In this document: positions 29,726 through 41,086 of the stretch, in pieces
How the letters are laid out: every line of letters begins with the position of its first letter
Position numbering within the stretch: position 1 is the stretch's first letter
Position numbers and translations under genes: made by a program
The notes under the pieces: model-generated
Database searches by the model: none
Told to the model about the DNA's origin: nothing
The model's input: only the letters and a program-made list of their open reading frames with translations
Source: Bdellovibrionales bacterium
Lineage (GTDB): Bacteria; Bdellovibrionota; Bdellovibrionia; Bdellovibrionales; UBA1609
NCBI GenBank assembly: GCA_965199825.1
Contig: OZ241329.1
Coordinates: forward strand, 320,001 to 384,000
Direction of reading: 5' to 3'
Length of the DNA: 64,000 nucleotides

Positions 29726-30226
29726 TTAAGCGCGCGCGGCTTGTCGTGCTTTGCTTTGTAGAGTTCGTAGGTGACGACGTTTTTTATCAGCCAATCTCAA
29801 AGTTGAGCGAACCAATTTTTTGCTTTCAACATCACCTTGAACAGTTTCTTCAGCCGATTTTTTTGGCAGCTTGTAATCAACAAATTCAATGAAAGCCATC
29901 TCTGCACAATCACCAGGCCGTTGTCCAAGTTTGATGATGCGAGTATATCCACCTTGGCGAGCTTTAAAATGAACAGCAAGCTTATCCATAATTGTTCCGG
30001 CCGCATCTTGACTTCCAATTCGGGAAATCAAAAGACGACGAGAATTCAAAGTTCCTTTTTTACCAAGAGTAATTGCGCGTTCAATATGTCGGCGCAATTC
30101 TTTTGCTTTAGCGACGGTCGTACGGATGCGCCCGTGCTCTACAAGTGAGCTCATCAAGCCCTTAATTAACGCCAATCGCGGCCCTTGACGCCGGCTAAAA
30201 GAATGACTGTGTGACTTGTGTCTCAT
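29726..30226 (-). CDS. rplQ: 50S ribosomal protein L17
   Basis: MRH..., RIRTTVAKAKE, GGYTRIIK; C-terminal extension. Confidence 0.96.
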   Translation of the reverse strand: MRHKSHSHSFSRRQGPRLALIKGLMSSLVEHGRIRTTVAKAKELRRHIERAITLGKKGTLNSRRLLISRIGSQDAAGTIMDKLAVHFKARQGGYTRIIKLGQRPGDCAEMAFIEFVDYKLPKKSAEETVQGDVESKKLVRSTLRLADKKRRHLRTLQSKARQAARA

Positions 30227-30249
30227 AAGTAAAGCTCCTTAAAAATATC

Positions 30250-31323
30250 TTAGGGTGTGGGACGTGTTTGTTGTGCTGCTGCGGGTGCGGCAGGTACTGC
30301 CATTGGCGCTGGTTTTTGAGGATTATTTGGATCCCAACCTGCAGGAGGCCATCCATCAATCTTCATTCCCAAAGACAAACCCATTGTCGACAAAATTTCT
30401 TTAATTTCATTCAACGATTTGCGACCGAAATTCTTGGTTTTCAACATTTCGGCTTCAGATCGGCAAACGAGTTCACCAATGTAGCGAATGTTTGCATTTT
30501 TTAAGCAATTTGCAGAACGCACCGAAAGCTCAAGATCATCCACCGAACGAAAAAGATTTTCGTTCAACTGGGGAGATTTTGTTTCTTCCTCTTCGTGCAT
30601 GGGCTCCATGCTCTCGTCGAAAGTCAAAAACACCTGAAGTTGTTCTTTTAAGATTTTTGATCCCAAAGAAATCGATTCTTCTGGCCGAAGCGAACCATCA
30701 GTCCAAATCTCAATCGTTAAAGCATCATAATCGGTTCTTTGAGCCACTCGTGCTTGAGAAACATTGTAGTTCACCCGTCGAATTGGACTGTGCAATGCAT
30801 CCACCGCAATGTAACCAATCGGTAAACTTTTTGATTGCGTACTTGCTTCCATGTAACCACGGCCAAAGCTCACAATTAACTCGACATCAAACCGACCTTC
30901 GCGACCCAAAGTTGCGATATGTTGATCCGGATTTAATACCTCAACATTATCTGTCAGTTGAATATCGGCAGCCGTGATAGGGCCAGCACCTTGCTTAGCG
31001 ATGCGAAGAGTTTTTGGTTCAGAATCATGTTGTTTAAAACGAATCTCTTTAAGATTTAAAATAATATCCGTCACGTCTTCAAGAACGTCAGGAATTGTGC
31101 TGAACTCATGGAGTACGCCTTCAAACTTCACCGCACTCACGGCAGAACCCATCATTGAACTCAAAAGAATTCGACGAAGAGAGTTACCAAGAGTAACGCC
31201 AAAACCTCTTTCCAAAGGTCGAACGTGAAATTTGCCGTAACGATCGGTGAGACTTTCTTTCTCAACTTCAAAGCCCTTTGGCTTAATCAGATCGCGCCAG
31301 AATTTGTAGTAGTGGGGCTGCAT
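30250..31323 (-). CDS. rpoA: RNA polymerase alpha subunit
   Basis: [46 protein letters not shown] at 31323 with GGGAG RBS. Confidence 0.97.
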   Translation of the reverse strand: MQPHYYKFWRDLIKPKGFEVEKESLTDRYGKFHVRPLERGFGVTLGNSLRRILLSSMMGSAVSAVKFEGVLHEFSTIPDVLEDVTDIILNLKEIRFKQHDSEPKTLRIAKQGAGPITAADIQLTDNVEVLNPDQHIATLGREGRFDVELIVSFGRGYMEASTQSKSLPIGYIAVDALHSPIRRVNYNVSQARVAQRTDYDALTIEIWTDGSLRPEESISLGSKILKEQLQVFLTFDESMEPMHEEEETKSPQLNENLFRSVDDLELSVRSANCLKNANIRYIGELVCRSEAEMLKTKNFGRKSLNEIKEILSTMGLSLGMKIDGWPPAGWDPNNPQKPAPMAVPAAPAAAQQTRPTP

Positions 31324-31371
31324 ACTTAATTCTCCCACAGAGAACCTCGCTTCATTTTAGGGATTAAAAAA

Positions 31372-31770
31372 TTAAATTCTTCTTCGTTTTGGTGCACGGC
31401 AACCGTTGTGAGGTACCGGTGTAACATCTTTAAGAGTGGACACTCTCAGTCCCGCGGCTGCTAAAGCGCGAATGGCAGGCTCACGTCCTGCCCCAGGTCC
31501 ACTTAACCAAACATCAACACTTTTCATTCCATTTTCGAGAGCTTTTTTTGCAGCATCTTCAGCCGCAACCTGCGCCGCAAATGGAGTTCCCTTACGACTA
31601 CCTTTAAAACCTAACATTCCAGCAGACGACCAACAGACCGTGTTGCCATTGACATCTGTCATGGTCACGATAGTGTTCCCAAATCCAGCTTGGATGTAGC
31701 ATTTGCCGGTAGGCACGTTTTTCTTTGATTTTTTCTTGGTTGGCTTTGAGCCCGATTCTGGTTGCTTCAC
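31372..31770 (-). CDS. rpsK: 30S ribosomal protein S11
   Basis: [25 protein letters not shown]. Confidence 0.97.
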   Translation of the reverse strand: MKQPESGSKPTKKKSKKNVPTGKCYIQAGFGNTIVTMTDVNGNTVCWSSAGMLGFKGSRKGTPFAAQVAAEDAAKKALENGMKSVDVWLSGPGAGREPAIRALAAAGLRVSTLKDVTPVPHNGCRAPKRRRI

Positions 31771-31790
31771 TCTACAAAACTCCTAAAAAA

Positions 31791-32165
31791 TTAAACAGCC
31801 ATTTTTTTGTTGGCAACAGTTTTACGAGGTCCTTTACGGGTTCTCGAATTCGATCGAGTCCGTTGTCCTCTTACAGGTAAACCTTTTTTGTGTCGCAATC
31901 CACGATAGCAACCCAAATCCATCAAACGCTTGATGGACATTCCGACTTCCCGGCGCAGATCACCTTCAACTTTAAAACTTTTTTCGATGATGGCTCGGAT
32001 CCGAGCAACCTGCTCGTCAGTCAAACTGTCTGACCGAAGACCAAAATCAAATCCTGCATCTTTCATTATAGAAGCGGCGCGCTTGCGGCCGATTCCGTAG
32101 ATGTAGGTCAACGCAACTTCTAATCTTTTGTTTCGCGGCAAATCGACGCCGGCAATACGTGCCAT
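31791..32165 (-). CDS. rpsM: 30S ribosomal protein S13
   Basis: [24 protein letters not shown]. Confidence 0.97.
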   Translation of the reverse strand: MARIAGVDLPRNKRLEVALTYIYGIGRKRAASIMKDAGFDFGLRSDSLTDEQVARIRAIIEKSFKVEGDLRREVGMSIKRLMDLGCYRGLRHKKGLPVRGQRTRSNSRTRKGPRKTVANKKMAV

Positions 32166-32168
32166 CTT

Positions 32169-32282
32169 TTAACCTTGCCTTTGCTTATGCTTGGGGTTTG
32201 CGCATATTACGCGGATCACTCCGCGACGCTTAATCACTTTACACTTGTTGCATATCTTTTTTACTGACGCTCTGACTTTCAC
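32169..32282 (-). CDS. rpmJ: 50S ribosomal protein L36 (Zn-ribbon type); not in the ORF track
   Basis: Manual translation [40 protein letters not shown] start. Confidence 0.96.
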   Translation of the reverse strand: MKVRASVKKICNKCKVIKRRGVIRVICANPKHKQRQG

Positions 32283-32372
32283 TGCAAGCCTCTGAAATCT
32301 TTCAATTTTTCTGAATCATTCGTGTCGTTCTTATAAAAGATCGCTGAAAATACCATTTGACACTTCTCGCGT

Positions 32373-33029
32373 CTAGTTCTTTGCACTTCTTTTTTCTAGA
32401 CCGGACATGATGCGTTCATACACTTCTTCTTCAGAACCTATTCCATCCACAAGCACAAATAAATTTTTGCTTTTGTAGTAATCTTTTAGTGGTGCCGTTG
32501 CTGTATCGTAGGATTGAAGCCGTTGACCGATCACATCGGGATGATCATCAGACCTTTGATACAACTGAGCGCCACAAACATCACACACACCCGAAACTTT
32601 GGGTGGTTTAGTTTCAAGATGGAAAACGGTTCCACAACTCTTACAAACACGTCGACCGGTTAAACGCCCAATCAACACCCTATGGGGCACGTCAATAAAA
32701 ACAGCCGAGTGCAATTGCTTCTGCGATTTTGCAAGAAGCTTATCTAAAGCCTCTGCCTGATTTACCGTACGTGGAAATCCATCAAGAATAAAACTCCGGT
32801 CGTTAAGGTTTTTAAATTCCTCTTCAACCATTCCTATTACAATATTGTCTGGAACAAGCTGACCTTCATCCATAAACTTTTTTGCTTTATTACCCAAAGA
32901 AGTTTTGGCTTTGATTGCGGTACGAAAAAGCTCGCCCGTGCTCACATGAGCCATACGGTGTCGATCAATCAGGAGACTCGACTGAGTCCCCTTACCTGCT
33001 CCCGGCGGACCGAACAGCAGAAGATTCAA
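32373..33029 (-). CDS. adk: Adenylate kinase (Zn-LID type)
   Basis: GPPGAGKGTQ, LDGFPRT, CKSC...CDVC. Confidence 0.96.
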   Translation of the reverse strand: MNLLLFGPPGAGKGTQSSLLIDRHRMAHVSTGELFRTAIKAKTSLGNKAKKFMDEGQLVPDNIVIGMVEEEFKNLNDRSFILDGFPRTVNQAEALDKLLAKSQKQLHSAVFIDVPHRVLIGRLTGRRVCKSCGTVFHLETKPPKVSGVCDVCGAQLYQRSDDHPDVIGQRLQSYDTATAPLKDYYKSKNLFVLVDGIGSEEEVYERIMSGLEKRSAKN

Positions 33030-34348
33030 TATTGAACCCTCCGACTTTTCATTTTGACCCCTTTGAGCATACCTTCGTATTTCGAAGTCAAAAGATGAGA
33101 TTGAATCTGTTGGCTAGTATCAAGTGCGACACCCACCAAAATCAAAAGACTTGTTCCACCAAACGAAAATGAAACTTTAAAAAAATCGCTAATCATCGGT
33201 GGCAATACACACACAACCGAAAGATAAATCGCACCAGTCACTGTCAATCGATCCAAAACTTTTTTAATATAATCGGCAGTACTTCGCCCCGCGCGAACGC
33301 CCGGGATAAAGCCTCCGTATTTTTTCAGATTGTCTGCAACTTCATTGGGATTAAAAACAATCTCGGTATAAAAAAAGCAAAAGAACACGATCAGGCTTAC
33401 AAAAAAGACCATACCAAGGCCAGATCGAGGATCAAAATATTCACGAATATCTTTAAGCCAAGGCACATTCACAAATTGAGCAATCGTTGCCGGAAACATC
33501 AATAAGCTAGAAGCAAAAATTGGCGGAATCACGTTTGCAAAATTCACCTTTAATGGAAGATGACTCTGTTGCTGCCCCAATGCCTCACGGCCCGAAGCCC
33601 GAGTTGAGTATTGAATCGGAATCCTTCGCTGTCCCACTTCCATGTATACAATGGCTGCAATCACTCCAACCATTCCAAGTATCAACAAAAAAGCCAAACC
33701 AAACGATAACTGTTTATTCTGAATGCTGTGATAAAGATTCATCGCATTGCTTGGAATACCTGCAACAATCCCGGTAAAAATAATTAAGCTTGCTCCATTG
33801 CCAATTCCACGCTCGGTGATTTGCTCACCCAACCACATAATAAAACAAGTGCCCGCAGTGAGAGTCACTATAGTCACAAACCAAAAAGGCATAAGAGGAC
33901 CAAACGATAATGTCGTCACAACAGGCGTGTTGCCAGGTCCACTGGCACTTTGAATATATTTGGCCATTGCATAACCTTGAACAAGCGCAAGCAAGACGGT
34001 GGCATAACGCGTGTACTGGTTAATTTTTTTACGACCGTGTTCGCCCTCTTTTTTTAAAGACTCAAGATAGGGAACTGCAGTCTGTAAAAGTTGAAATATA
34101 ATAGAAGCCGAAATGTACGGCATAATTCCAAGTGCAAACACACTAAATTTTTCGAGCCCGCCACCTGTAAAGGTATTAAACATTCCGAAAAATCCGGTAG
34201 AGCCTTGGAACAAAGAGAGCACGGCTTGACCGTCGACTCCAGGACTGGGGACGTGTACCCCTAAGCGGTACACACATAAAATTCCGATGGTAAATAACAA
34301 TCTTCGTCGTAAATCTGCCGGAATAGTAAACCCCCCTGCTGTACTCAC
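33026..34348 (-). CDS. secY: Preprotein translocase SecY
   Basis: FALGIMPYISASII, WLGEQITERGIGNG, IPGVRAG, FGGTSLLI. Confidence 0.97.
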   Translation of the reverse strand: MSTAGGFTIPADLRRRLLFTIGILCVYRLGVHVPSPGVDGQAVLSLFQGSTGFFGMFNTFTGGGLEKFSVFALGIMPYISASIIFQLLQTAVPYLESLKKEGEHGRKKINQYTRYATVLLALVQGYAMAKYIQSASGPGNTPVVTTLSFGPLMPFWFVTIVTLTAGTCFIMWLGEQITERGIGNGASLIIFTGIVAGIPSNAMNLYHSIQNKQLSFGLAFLLILGMVGVIAAIVYMEVGQRRIPIQYSTRASGREALGQQQSHLPLKVNFANVIPPIFASSLLMFPATIAQFVNVPWLKDIREYFDPRSGLGMVFFVSLIVFFCFFYTEIVFNPNEVADNLKKYGGFIPGVRAGRSTADYIKKVLDRLTVTGAIYLSVVCVLPPMISDFFKVSFSFGGTSLLILVGVALDTSQQIQSHLLTSKYEGMLKGVKMKSRRVQY

Positions 34349-34788
34349 GCTGATATCACCTCGACTGTGCCACCGGCTTTTTCAATGGCGGATTTAGCTG
34401 ACTCACTGACTTTATGAACTTTGATATTAAAAGCGGCTTCGACTTCTCCGCTGCCAAGAAGTTTAACTTTGCAATTCTTAGAAACCATTCCAGCATCAAT
34501 CAAATTTTGGATCGACACTTCACCTTTGAAACGCTTTAAATCTTTTAGATTTACAATCTCAAATCGATTTGCAAACTCAACATTAGTGAAACCGAATTTT
34601 GGCATACGACGACTCAAAGGCATCTGACCGCCCTCAAATCCACGGCGAATCGATCCACCAGAACGAGCTTTCTGTCCTTTGTGTCCCTTTGTCGAAGTTT
34701 GGCCCATGCCAGAACCACGTCCACGTCCTACGATTTTTCTATAATGAGTCGAACCTTCGTTTGGCTTTAGTTGTCCCAGCATACTCAT
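34345..34788 (-). CDS. rplO: 50S ribosomal protein L15
   Basis: [23 protein letters not shown]. Confidence 0.96.
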   Translation of the reverse strand: MSMLGQLKPNEGSTHYRKIVGRGRGSGMGQTSTKGHKGQKARSGGSIRRGFEGGQMPLSRRMPKFGFTNVEFANRFEIVNLKDLKRFKGEVSIQNLIDAGMVSKNCKVKLLGSGEVEAAFNIKVHKVSESAKSAIEKAGGTVEVISA

Positions 34789-34976
34789 TGAGCAGCCTCC
34801 ACTTTGACTTCAAGCAAATGTTGAACACGAAAAATCTGTCCACGATTCGCAGGATTATCTTTAATGATAACCTCATGATTAATTTTTCTTAATCCCAAAC
34901 AGCGGACCGTATCACGCTGCTGAGCGGTGCAACCGATTAAACTTCGCTTGAGGCGAACACGAAATTGCTTGGCCAT
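34785..34976 (-). CDS. rpmD: 50S ribosomal protein L30
   Basis: RSLIG, LGLRKI, VQHLL; position between rpsE and rplO. Confidence 0.95.
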   Translation of the reverse strand: MAKQFRVRLKRSLIGCTAQQRDTVRCLGLRKINHEVIIKDNPANRGQIFRVQHLLEVKVEAAQ

Positions 34977-35007
34977 AGATTCCTCTTCGCTTTCTTTTAG
35001 CTAACCC

Positions 35008-35475
35008 TTAGCCTTGTGATGGACGAGAATTAAGTAACTGTTCCAAACCGTCAAGCGTTGCTCGAACGGCGTTGTGTGGGTTTGTTGTCCCAACACATTT
35101 TGTCAAAATATCTTTTACTCCGAAGCACTCAAGAACGGCTCGCACCGGACCACCTGCAATAACCCCGGTACCCGCTGCTGCAGGAACCAGAATGACTTTT
35201 GCCGCACCGAAAGTTCCAACAACCTCGTGAGAAATCGTTCGACCTTCTTTAAGATTAAACTGCTGCAAAGATTTTTTTGCAATCCGGCTTGCCTTGCCAA
35301 TGGCTTCAGGAACTTCGCCCGCTTTACCAGTGCCGAATCCGACATTGCCAGATCCATTTCCGGTTACCACGAGTGCCGCAAAGGAGAATCGTCGACCCCC
35401 TTTTACCACTTTTGCAACTCGCTTAATTGCCACAACTCTTTCGAGTAAATCACCAGTCTGGTTTTGAGCTTCCAC
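35008..35475 (-). CDS. rpsE: 30S ribosomal protein S5
   Basis: [22 protein letters not shown]. Confidence 0.96.
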   Translation of the reverse strand: MEAQNQTGDLLERVVAIKRVAKVVKGGRRFSFAALVVTGNGSGNVGFGTGKAGEVPEAIGKASRIAKKSLQQFNLKEGRTISHEVVGTFGAAKVILVPAAAGTGVIAGGPVRAVLECFGVKDILTKCVGTTNPHNAVRATLDGLEQLLNSRPSQG

Positions 35476-35492
35476 TACTATATTCCTCTTCC

Positions 35493-35870
35493 TTAAAACT
35501 TAAGGCCGGCTTCGCGCGCAGCTTCTGCTAACGCCTTTACCCGACCGTGATAGATGTAACCACTGCGATCAAACACAACATTCTGAATATTATTTTTTTG
35601 GGCTTCCTGAGCGATCGCCGCGCCTACCGCTTTTGCAGCAGCCACGTTCTTCGTCCCGCCTTTGATGTCGAGCTTAAGAGTTGATGCTGAGGCCAAAGTT
35701 CGACCCGAGCTGTCGTCAATAAGCTGAGCATAAAGGTGTCGACCACTGCGAAACATCGACAAACGTGGACGCTCCGCCGAGCCTTCGACCTTTTTGCGAA
35801 TTCGCGCCCTATTTTTTAGACGGCCAACAACTTTCTTATCTGTATTGCGTCCATATTTAATTCGTATCAC
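35493..35870 (-). CDS. rplR: 50S ribosomal protein L18
   Basis: [28 protein letters not shown]. Confidence 0.96.
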   Translation of the reverse strand: MIRIKYGRNTDKKVVGRLKNRARIRKKVEGSAERPRLSMFRSGRHLYAQLIDDSSGRTLASASTLKLDIKGGTKNVAAAKAVGAAIAQEAQKNNIQNVVFDRSGYIYHGRVKALAEAAREAGLKF

Positions 35871-35882
35871 AATAAACCTCTT

Positions 35883-36425
35883 CTATTTAGATGCCGATTT
35901 TCCAGCTTTACGACGAATTGTTTCGTCAGCGTATTTAACACCTTTGCCAAGATAAGGCTCAGGTGGACGAAACCCACGAATTTTTGCCGCAGCTTTACCA
36001 ACGTTATCACGATTCGCACCAGTGACCGAAATCTTGGTCTGTTTTTCAACCTTGATCTCAATCCCGTCGGGAATGTCAAATTGCACAGGATGGCTAAATC
36101 CCAGAGTGAGCTCCAGTTTTTTACCATTTACGTTTGCACGATATCCCACACCATTGAGCTCAAGGTCCTTAGTCCAACCTTTTGAAACTCCGGTGACTGC
36201 ATTTTGCAACAAAGCTCGAGAAAGACCGTGATATGCCCGCGTATCTGAGTCTTCGTTAGCCCGAGTCAAAACGATTTTACCGTCCTCAACTTTGGCAATA
36301 ACTGCAGGACGCAACTTGACGCTCATAGTGCTTTTTGCACCTTTAACCACAACAGTATTATCGGGACTCACAGTCACCTGAACTGGCTTATCAAAATATA
36401 CGGGTGCTCTACCTACACGAGACAT
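35883..36425 (-). CDS. rplF: 50S ribosomal protein L6
   Basis: MSRVGR, GVGYRA, RPPEPYLGKG. Confidence 0.96.
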   Translation of the reverse strand: MSRVGRAPVYFDKPVQVTVSPDNTVVVKGAKSTMSVKLRPAVIAKVEDGKIVLTRANEDSDTRAYHGLSRALLQNAVTGVSKGWTKDLELNGVGYRANVNGKKLELTLGFSHPVQFDIPDGIEIKVEKQTKISVTGANRDNVGKAAAKIRGFRPPEPYLGKGVKYADETIRRKAGKSASK

Positions 36426-36432
36426 TTTTTAC

Positions 36433-36822
36433 CTACCACAACTGGCAGAGCAATTCTCCGCCAAGATTTTCTTTACGTGCTTGATCTCCACTCATCACAC
36501 CTTTGTTGGTGCTCAAGATGCAAAGACCATAACCCGACCGCACCTGCGGAATTTCGGTGGACTTAATATAAAGCCGGCGACCTGGTCGACTCAGCTTTTG
36601 TACAGTGTTGATCACTGAACGTCCTTCATCATTATATTTTAAGTACACGCGCATCACACCCTGTTTGCCATCACGAGCAACTTTGAATGTGCGAATGTAA
36701 CCCGTCTCTTGAAGAATCTTGGCAAGGCCCACTCGCATATTCGAGCTTGGGACATCCAATTTGTCATGCTTAGCAAGACCGGCATTACGAATTCGTGTTA
36801 AAAATTCAGCGATTGTATCCAT
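36433..36822 (-). CDS. rpsH: 30S ribosomal protein S8
   Basis: LTRIRNA, SRPGRRLY, LSTNKG, GGELLC. Confidence 0.96.
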   Translation of the reverse strand: MDTIAEFLTRIRNAGLAKHDKLDVPSSNMRVGLAKILQETGYIRTFKVARDGKQGVMRVYLKYNDEGRSVINTVQKLSRPGRRLYIKSTEIPQVRSGYGLCILSTNKGVMSGDQARKENLGGELLCQLW

Positions 36823-36830
36823 GAGCTCTC

Positions 36831-37373
36831 CTACTTTTTCCGAAACGGCATCCCGAGTTGCTCGAGAAGTGCTCGCCCGTCACCGTCAGATTGTGCCGTT
36901 GTGCAAATTGAAATATTCATTCCGCGCACCGACTCCACTTTATCATAATCAATTTCTGGAAAAACAATCTGCTCTTTAAGGCCCATATTGTAGTTTCCAC
37001 GCCCATCAAATCCGCGCGGCGAAAGCCCACGAAAGTCACGCAATCGAGGAAGCGAAAGATGAATCAAACGCTCTAAAAACGTCCACATTCTTTCTTTTCT
37101 CAATGTGACCATTGCTCCGATCGGCATGCCTTCACGAAGTTTAAAATTTGAAATCGCTTTTTTGGCTTTTGTAATAACCGCTCGCTGACCCGCAATCGCG
37201 GTCAATTCCTCAACAGCTTGCTGCAGAACTTTTGGGTTGCGAACAGCCTCATTGGTACAAACGTTAAGAACAATTTTGTCTAACGTTGGAACCTGCATGA
37301 TACTTTGATAGCCCATCTGCTTCATTAGAGCAGCGGCAATCTCTTCTTTATATCGACTCTGTAACTGGGTCAC
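36831..37373 (-). CDS. rplE: 50S ribosomal protein L5
   Basis: [30 protein letters not shown]. Confidence 0.96.
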   Translation of the reverse strand: MTQLQSRYKEEIAAALMKQMGYQSIMQVPTLDKIVLNVCTNEAVRNPKVLQQAVEELTAIAGQRAVITKAKKAISNFKLREGMPIGAMVTLRKERMWTFLERLIHLSLPRLRDFRGLSPRGFDGRGNYNMGLKEQIVFPEIDYDKVESVRGMNISICTTAQSDGDGRALLEQLGMPFRKK

Positions 37374-37385
37374 AGTGAAAACTCC

Positions 37386-37754
37386 TTATAAAACTTCAGG
37401 AGCAAGAGAAACAATTTTAACAAACTGTTTAGCTCTTAACTCACGGGCTACGGGACCAAAAATACGAGTGCCGATGGGCTCTTTAGCAGCATTGATAAGT
37501 ACTGCTGAATTGTCATCGAACCGAATATAACTTCCATCAGCACGGCGGATTTTGTGAATCGTTCGCACAATAACTGCTTTAGCTTTTTCGCCTTTTTTAA
37601 CTTTTGAATTGGGCAAAGCATCTTTGATCGAAACAATAATGATATCACCGACAGCGGCGTATCGTCTTAGAGTTCCACCAAGTACTTTGATACACTGAAC
37701 CTCACGAGCTCCCGAATTGTCTGCAACTCGTAATCTAGTTTGCATCTGAATCAT
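37386..37754 (-). CDS. rplN: 50S ribosomal protein L14
   Basis: Start revised to [30 protein letters not shown]. Confidence 0.97.
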   Translation of the reverse strand: MIQMQTRLRVADNSGAREVQCIKVLGGTLRRYAAVGDIIIVSIKDALPNSKVKKGEKAKAVIVRTIHKIRRADGSYIRFDDNSAVLINAAKEPIGTRIFGPVARELRAKQFVKIVSLAPEVL

Positions 37755-38055
37755 GAAGAACCTCCTGCGTAGGTGCACGTTCGACAATTTCGATCAGCTT
37801 CCAACGTTTTGTTTTGCTCAATGGACGCGTCTCAACCAATTTTACTCGGTCACCCACACGCGCTTCGTTTTTTTCATCATGAGCTTTGAATACCGAACTG
37901 CGCTTAATAAACTTTCCGTACTTGGGATGCTTCACAAGACGAAAAATTTGAACAGCAATGGTTTTATCCATCTTATTACTCACTACAGCTCCGGTGACTT
38001 CTGTTCGAACACCGCGTTCACTCTTCGATTGATTTTCTTCGGTTACATTCGCCAT
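37735..38055 (-). CDS. rpsQ: 30S ribosomal protein S17
   Basis: [26 protein letters not shown]. Confidence 0.96.
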   Translation of the reverse strand: MANVTEENQSKSERGVRTEVTGAVVSNKMDKTIAVQIFRLVKHPKYGKFIKRSSVFKAHDEKNEARVGDRVKLVETRPLSKTKRWKLIEIVERAPTQEVLHDSDAN

Positions 38056-38064
38056 TATTTCCTC

Positions 38065-38253
38065 TTAACTCAGCTTCCGAGTGAGAGCCGTTTGCATACG
38101 AGCCACATCTCGACGTTGCTCACGGATTTCAATTGGATTTTGCACTTGGCCTAGAGTGTGTTTCATTTTTGTTTGAAACATCTCTGCCCGTGTCTGAACA
38201 ATTTTTTTTCGTAACTCTTCAACAGTAAGATCTTTTAAATCATCAAATTTCAT
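38065..38253 (-). CDS. rpmC: 50S ribosomal protein L29
   Basis: Size, position, IREQRRDVARMQT. Confidence 0.93.
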   Translation of the reverse strand: MKFDDLKDLTVEELRKKIVQTRAEMFQTKMKHTLGQVQNPIEIREQRRDVARMQTALTRKLS

Positions 38254-38256
38254 AAT

Positions 38257-38664
38257 CTACTCACGCGCCACAAATCGGGTTTTAAATGGCAATTTATGTG
38301 CAGCCAAACGAAAAGCCTCTTGAGCCTGTTCTTTTGTCACACCATTCATCTCAAACAACACACGGCCGGGCTGAATTTTGGCTACCCACAACTCAGGATT
38401 TCCTTTACCAGAACCCATTCGAGTTTCGGCTGGCTTTTTCGTGATTGGTAAATGCGGAAATATACGGAGCCACAATTTTCCACCACGCTTGACCGACCGG
38501 CTAATCGCAATTCGACTTGCTTCGATTTGGCGGGCAGACAACCTGCCGCTCTCGATTGCAGCAAGACCAAAATCGCCAAAACTCAAATCGCTTCCGCGTG
38601 TAGCAAATCCTTTATATCGTCCACGGAATTGCCTACGCCATTTTACTCTCTTAGGACTTAACAC
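38257..38664 (-). CDS. rplP: 50S ribosomal protein L16
   Basis: [24 protein letters not shown]. Confidence 0.97.
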   Translation of the reverse strand: MLSPKRVKWRRQFRGRYKGFATRGSDLSFGDFGLAAIESGRLSARQIEASRIAISRSVKRGGKLWLRIFPHLPITKKPAETRMGSGKGNPELWVAKIQPGRVLFEMNGVTKEQAQEAFRLAAHKLPFKTRFVARE

Positions 38665-39316
38665 GACCCGCCTCCTCTAACTCACGAGCTGTAAATACAT
38701 CACCGCGATAGATCCAAACTTTTAATCCGATAAGTCCGTAACCGGTCAGCGCCTCAGCAGTACCGTAATCAATATCTGCACGCAGCGTGTGAAGCGGAAC
38801 GCTCTTCTCGTTATACCACTCTGACCGAGCGATTTCTGCACCATCGAGACGTCCACTCACTCGAATTTTAATTCCGCGAACGCCGCCACGAACTCCAGCA
38901 GCTAATGCTTTTTTAAGAGCTCGTCTCCATGAAATTCGTTTTTCAAGCTGAAGGGCGATATTTTCTGCCACAAGCTGGGCATCCATATCAGGCTTACGAA
39001 CTTCTTGGATGCTCACGATCACTTCGTTCGTGGTTTGCTTTTGAATATCTCCACGGAGCGCATCAATGCCTGTGCCTTTTTTTCCGATCACAACACCAGG
39101 ACGAGCCGTGTAGATGATGATTCGAACTTTATTTGCAGCCCGTTCCATCTCAATTTTTGAAACTCCAGCATGCTTGAGTTTATCTTTGATGTATTTTCTG
39201 AGTTTATAATCTTCGTGCAAATAGTCGCGATAAACTTTGCCTTTAGCAAACCATCGAGAATCCCAAGTACGAATAACACCAACTCTGAACCCAACTGGAT
39301 TGATCTTTTGTCCCAT
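38651..39316 (-). CDS. rpsC: 30S ribosomal protein S3
   Basis: [33 protein letters not shown]. Confidence 0.97.
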   Translation of the reverse strand: MGQKINPVGFRVGVIRTWDSRWFAKGKVYRDYLHEDYKLRKYIKDKLKHAGVSKIEMERAANKVRIIIYTARPGVVIGKKGTGIDALRGDIQKQTTNEVIVSIQEVRKPDMDAQLVAENIALQLEKRISWRRALKKALAAGVRGGVRGIKIRVSGRLDGAEIARSEWYNEKSVPLHTLRADIDYGTAEALTGYGLIGLKVWIYRGDVFTARELEEAGRVKS

Positions 39317-39326
39317 GGCTTATTCC

Positions 39327-39659
39327 TTATCTTTCATCCAAAACAACATTGATGTGACTCATCTTCTTTTTAACTTGGTAGGCGCGCCCTTGGGCACGTG
39401 GCCGAAATCTTTTGATTGCGGGACCTTCATCTACCAAAACCGTTTTAACAAATAAATTATCGATATCGATCACTTTGCGATCTTCAGCGTTTGCCACTGC
39501 AGACTCGATCAATTTTTTTAGTAAATAAGAACCTTTTTTATTGCTAAACGCCAACATGCGGATCGCTTGGTTTACATCCTTACCGCGAATGAGATCTGCG
39601 ACAAGGCGAGCCTTTTGGGCTCCAATTCTTGCGTAATGTAAACGTGCTCGAACTTCCAT
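39327..39659 (-). CDS. rplV: 50S ribosomal protein L22
   Basis: KARLVADLIRG, SAVANA, RPRAQGRA. Confidence 0.96.
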   Translation of the reverse strand: MEVRARLHYARIGAQKARLVADLIRGKDVNQAIRMLAFSNKKGSYLLKKLIESAVANAEDRKVIDIDNLFVKTVLVDEGPAIKRFRPRAQGRAYQVKKKMSHINVVLDER

Positions 39660-39669
39660 GGTCTACTCC

Positions 39670-39966
39670 CTATTTTTTCGGTGACGCTGCAGGGGCGGCG
39701 GCCGCTTTCTTTTCTGCGTGTCCATTAAAAACACGAGTTGGTGCAAACTCACCAAATTTGTGACCAATCATATTTTCGGTAACATATACGGGAACAAATT
39801 TACGCCCGTTATGAACCGCGAATGTGAGTCCTACTGCATCAGGCACAACTGTCGATCGGCGCGACCAAGTTTTAATCACTTTTTTGTCGCCTGTCGCTCG
39901 TGCTGTGTCGATTCTTTTAATTAAATGATGATCGACAAAGGGACCTTTTTTTACTGACCTACCCAC
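39670..39966 (-). CDS. rpsS: 30S ribosomal protein S19
   Basis: [27 protein letters not shown]. Confidence 0.97.
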   Translation of the reverse strand: MGRSVKKGPFVDHHLIKRIDTARATGDKKVIKTWSRRSTVVPDAVGLTFAVHNGRKFVPVYVTENMIGHKFGEFAPTRVFNGHAEKKAAAAPAASPKK

Positions 39967-39978
39967 GAAAACCTCTCC

Positions 39979-40803
39979 TTACCGAACATTACGGCGTTTG
40001 ATAATCATGCCGTTGGTGCGCTTGTTATGTCTTGTCTTATACCCTTTGCATGGCTGACCCCAAGGCGTAACGGGATGATGCCCTTTACCGACACCCTCAC
40101 CACCACCGAGTGGATGATCTACTGGATTCATCGCCATACCTCGAACAGAAGGACGTTTGCCTTTCCATCGATTACGACCAGCTTTTCCAATGCTAATATT
40201 CTCGTTGTCGGTATTTCCAACCTGACCAATGCTTGCTTTGCAAGTTGATAAAATTTGTCGAACCTCACCTGAGGGCAAACGCACTTGGCAATACGTCCCA
40301 AGCTTTGCAACGAGCGTAGCTTCTGCTCCCGCGCCGCGAACAATCTGCGCACCCTTACCAGGTCGCAACTCAACATTATGAATGATTGTTCCAACTGGAA
40401 TTGATGCAAGCGGAAGAGAGTTTCCAGGTTTAATATCCGCACCAGGGCCTGCTACAACTGTGTCGCCAACTCTGAGACCCACTGGGGCTAAGATATAACT
40501 TTTTGAACCGTCAGCATAGTTTAGCAAAGCAATTCGGCACGTGCGATTAGGATCGTATTCGACCGCCGCCACTTTCGCAGGGACATCGACCTTTGTTCGC
40601 TTAAAATCAATGATACGATATTTACGTTTATGTCCGCCACCCTTGTGTCGAACAGTAATTTGCCCAGTGTTATTACGAGCTCCACATTTATTAAGTGGGG
40701 CTGTTAAAGACTTCTCGGGTTTATCTTTAGTTATCTCTTTGAAGTCATATCCAGTCATTCCACGACGACCGGGACTCCGTGGTTTAAATACCTTAACACC
40801 CAT
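39979..40803 (-). CDS. rplB: 50S ribosomal protein L2
   Basis: [32 protein letters not shown]. Confidence 0.97.
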   Translation of the reverse strand: MGVKVFKPRSPGRRGMTGYDFKEITKDKPEKSLTAPLNKCGARNNTGQITVRHKGGGHKRKYRIIDFKRTKVDVPAKVAAVEYDPNRTCRIALLNYADGSKSYILAPVGLRVGDTVVAGPGADIKPGNSLPLASIPVGTIIHNVELRPGKGAQIVRGAGAEATLVAKLGTYCQVRLPSGEVRQILSTCKASIGQVGNTDNENISIGKAGRNRWKGKRPSVRGMAMNPVDHPLGGGEGVGKGHHPVTPWGQPCKGYKTRHNKRTNGMIIKRRNVR

Positions 40804-40805
40804 TT

Positions 40806-41084
40806 TTATGCTCCCTCAAATAGGGCGATTTTTTCGCCAGGCGCAAGTTGTACAAAAGCTTTTTTCCAATACCGAACGGTACCGGTCAAACCACGCACCG
40901 CTTTTTTGCGTTTACGGCAAATTGCGGTTCGCACCGACAAAACTTTTACTTTAAAAAACTTTTCTACAGCGACTTTGACTTCTGGTTTTGTAGAAGCATG
41001 CTCAACTTCAAAAACATAAATACCCTGCTCGGCGAGGGCACTGTTTTTTTCCGTCACAAGTGGACGCTTGATTGTAAATCCCAT
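40806..41084 (-). CDS. rplW: 50S ribosomal protein L23
   Basis: Start revised to ATG 41084 (GGAG RBS); [14 protein letters not shown]. Confidence 0.95.
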   Translation of the reverse strand: MGFTIKRPLVTEKNSALAEQGIYVFEVEHASTKPEVKVAVEKFFKVKVLSVRTAICRKRKKAVRGLTGTVRYWKKAFVQLAPGEKIALFEGA

Positions 41085-41086
41085 TG

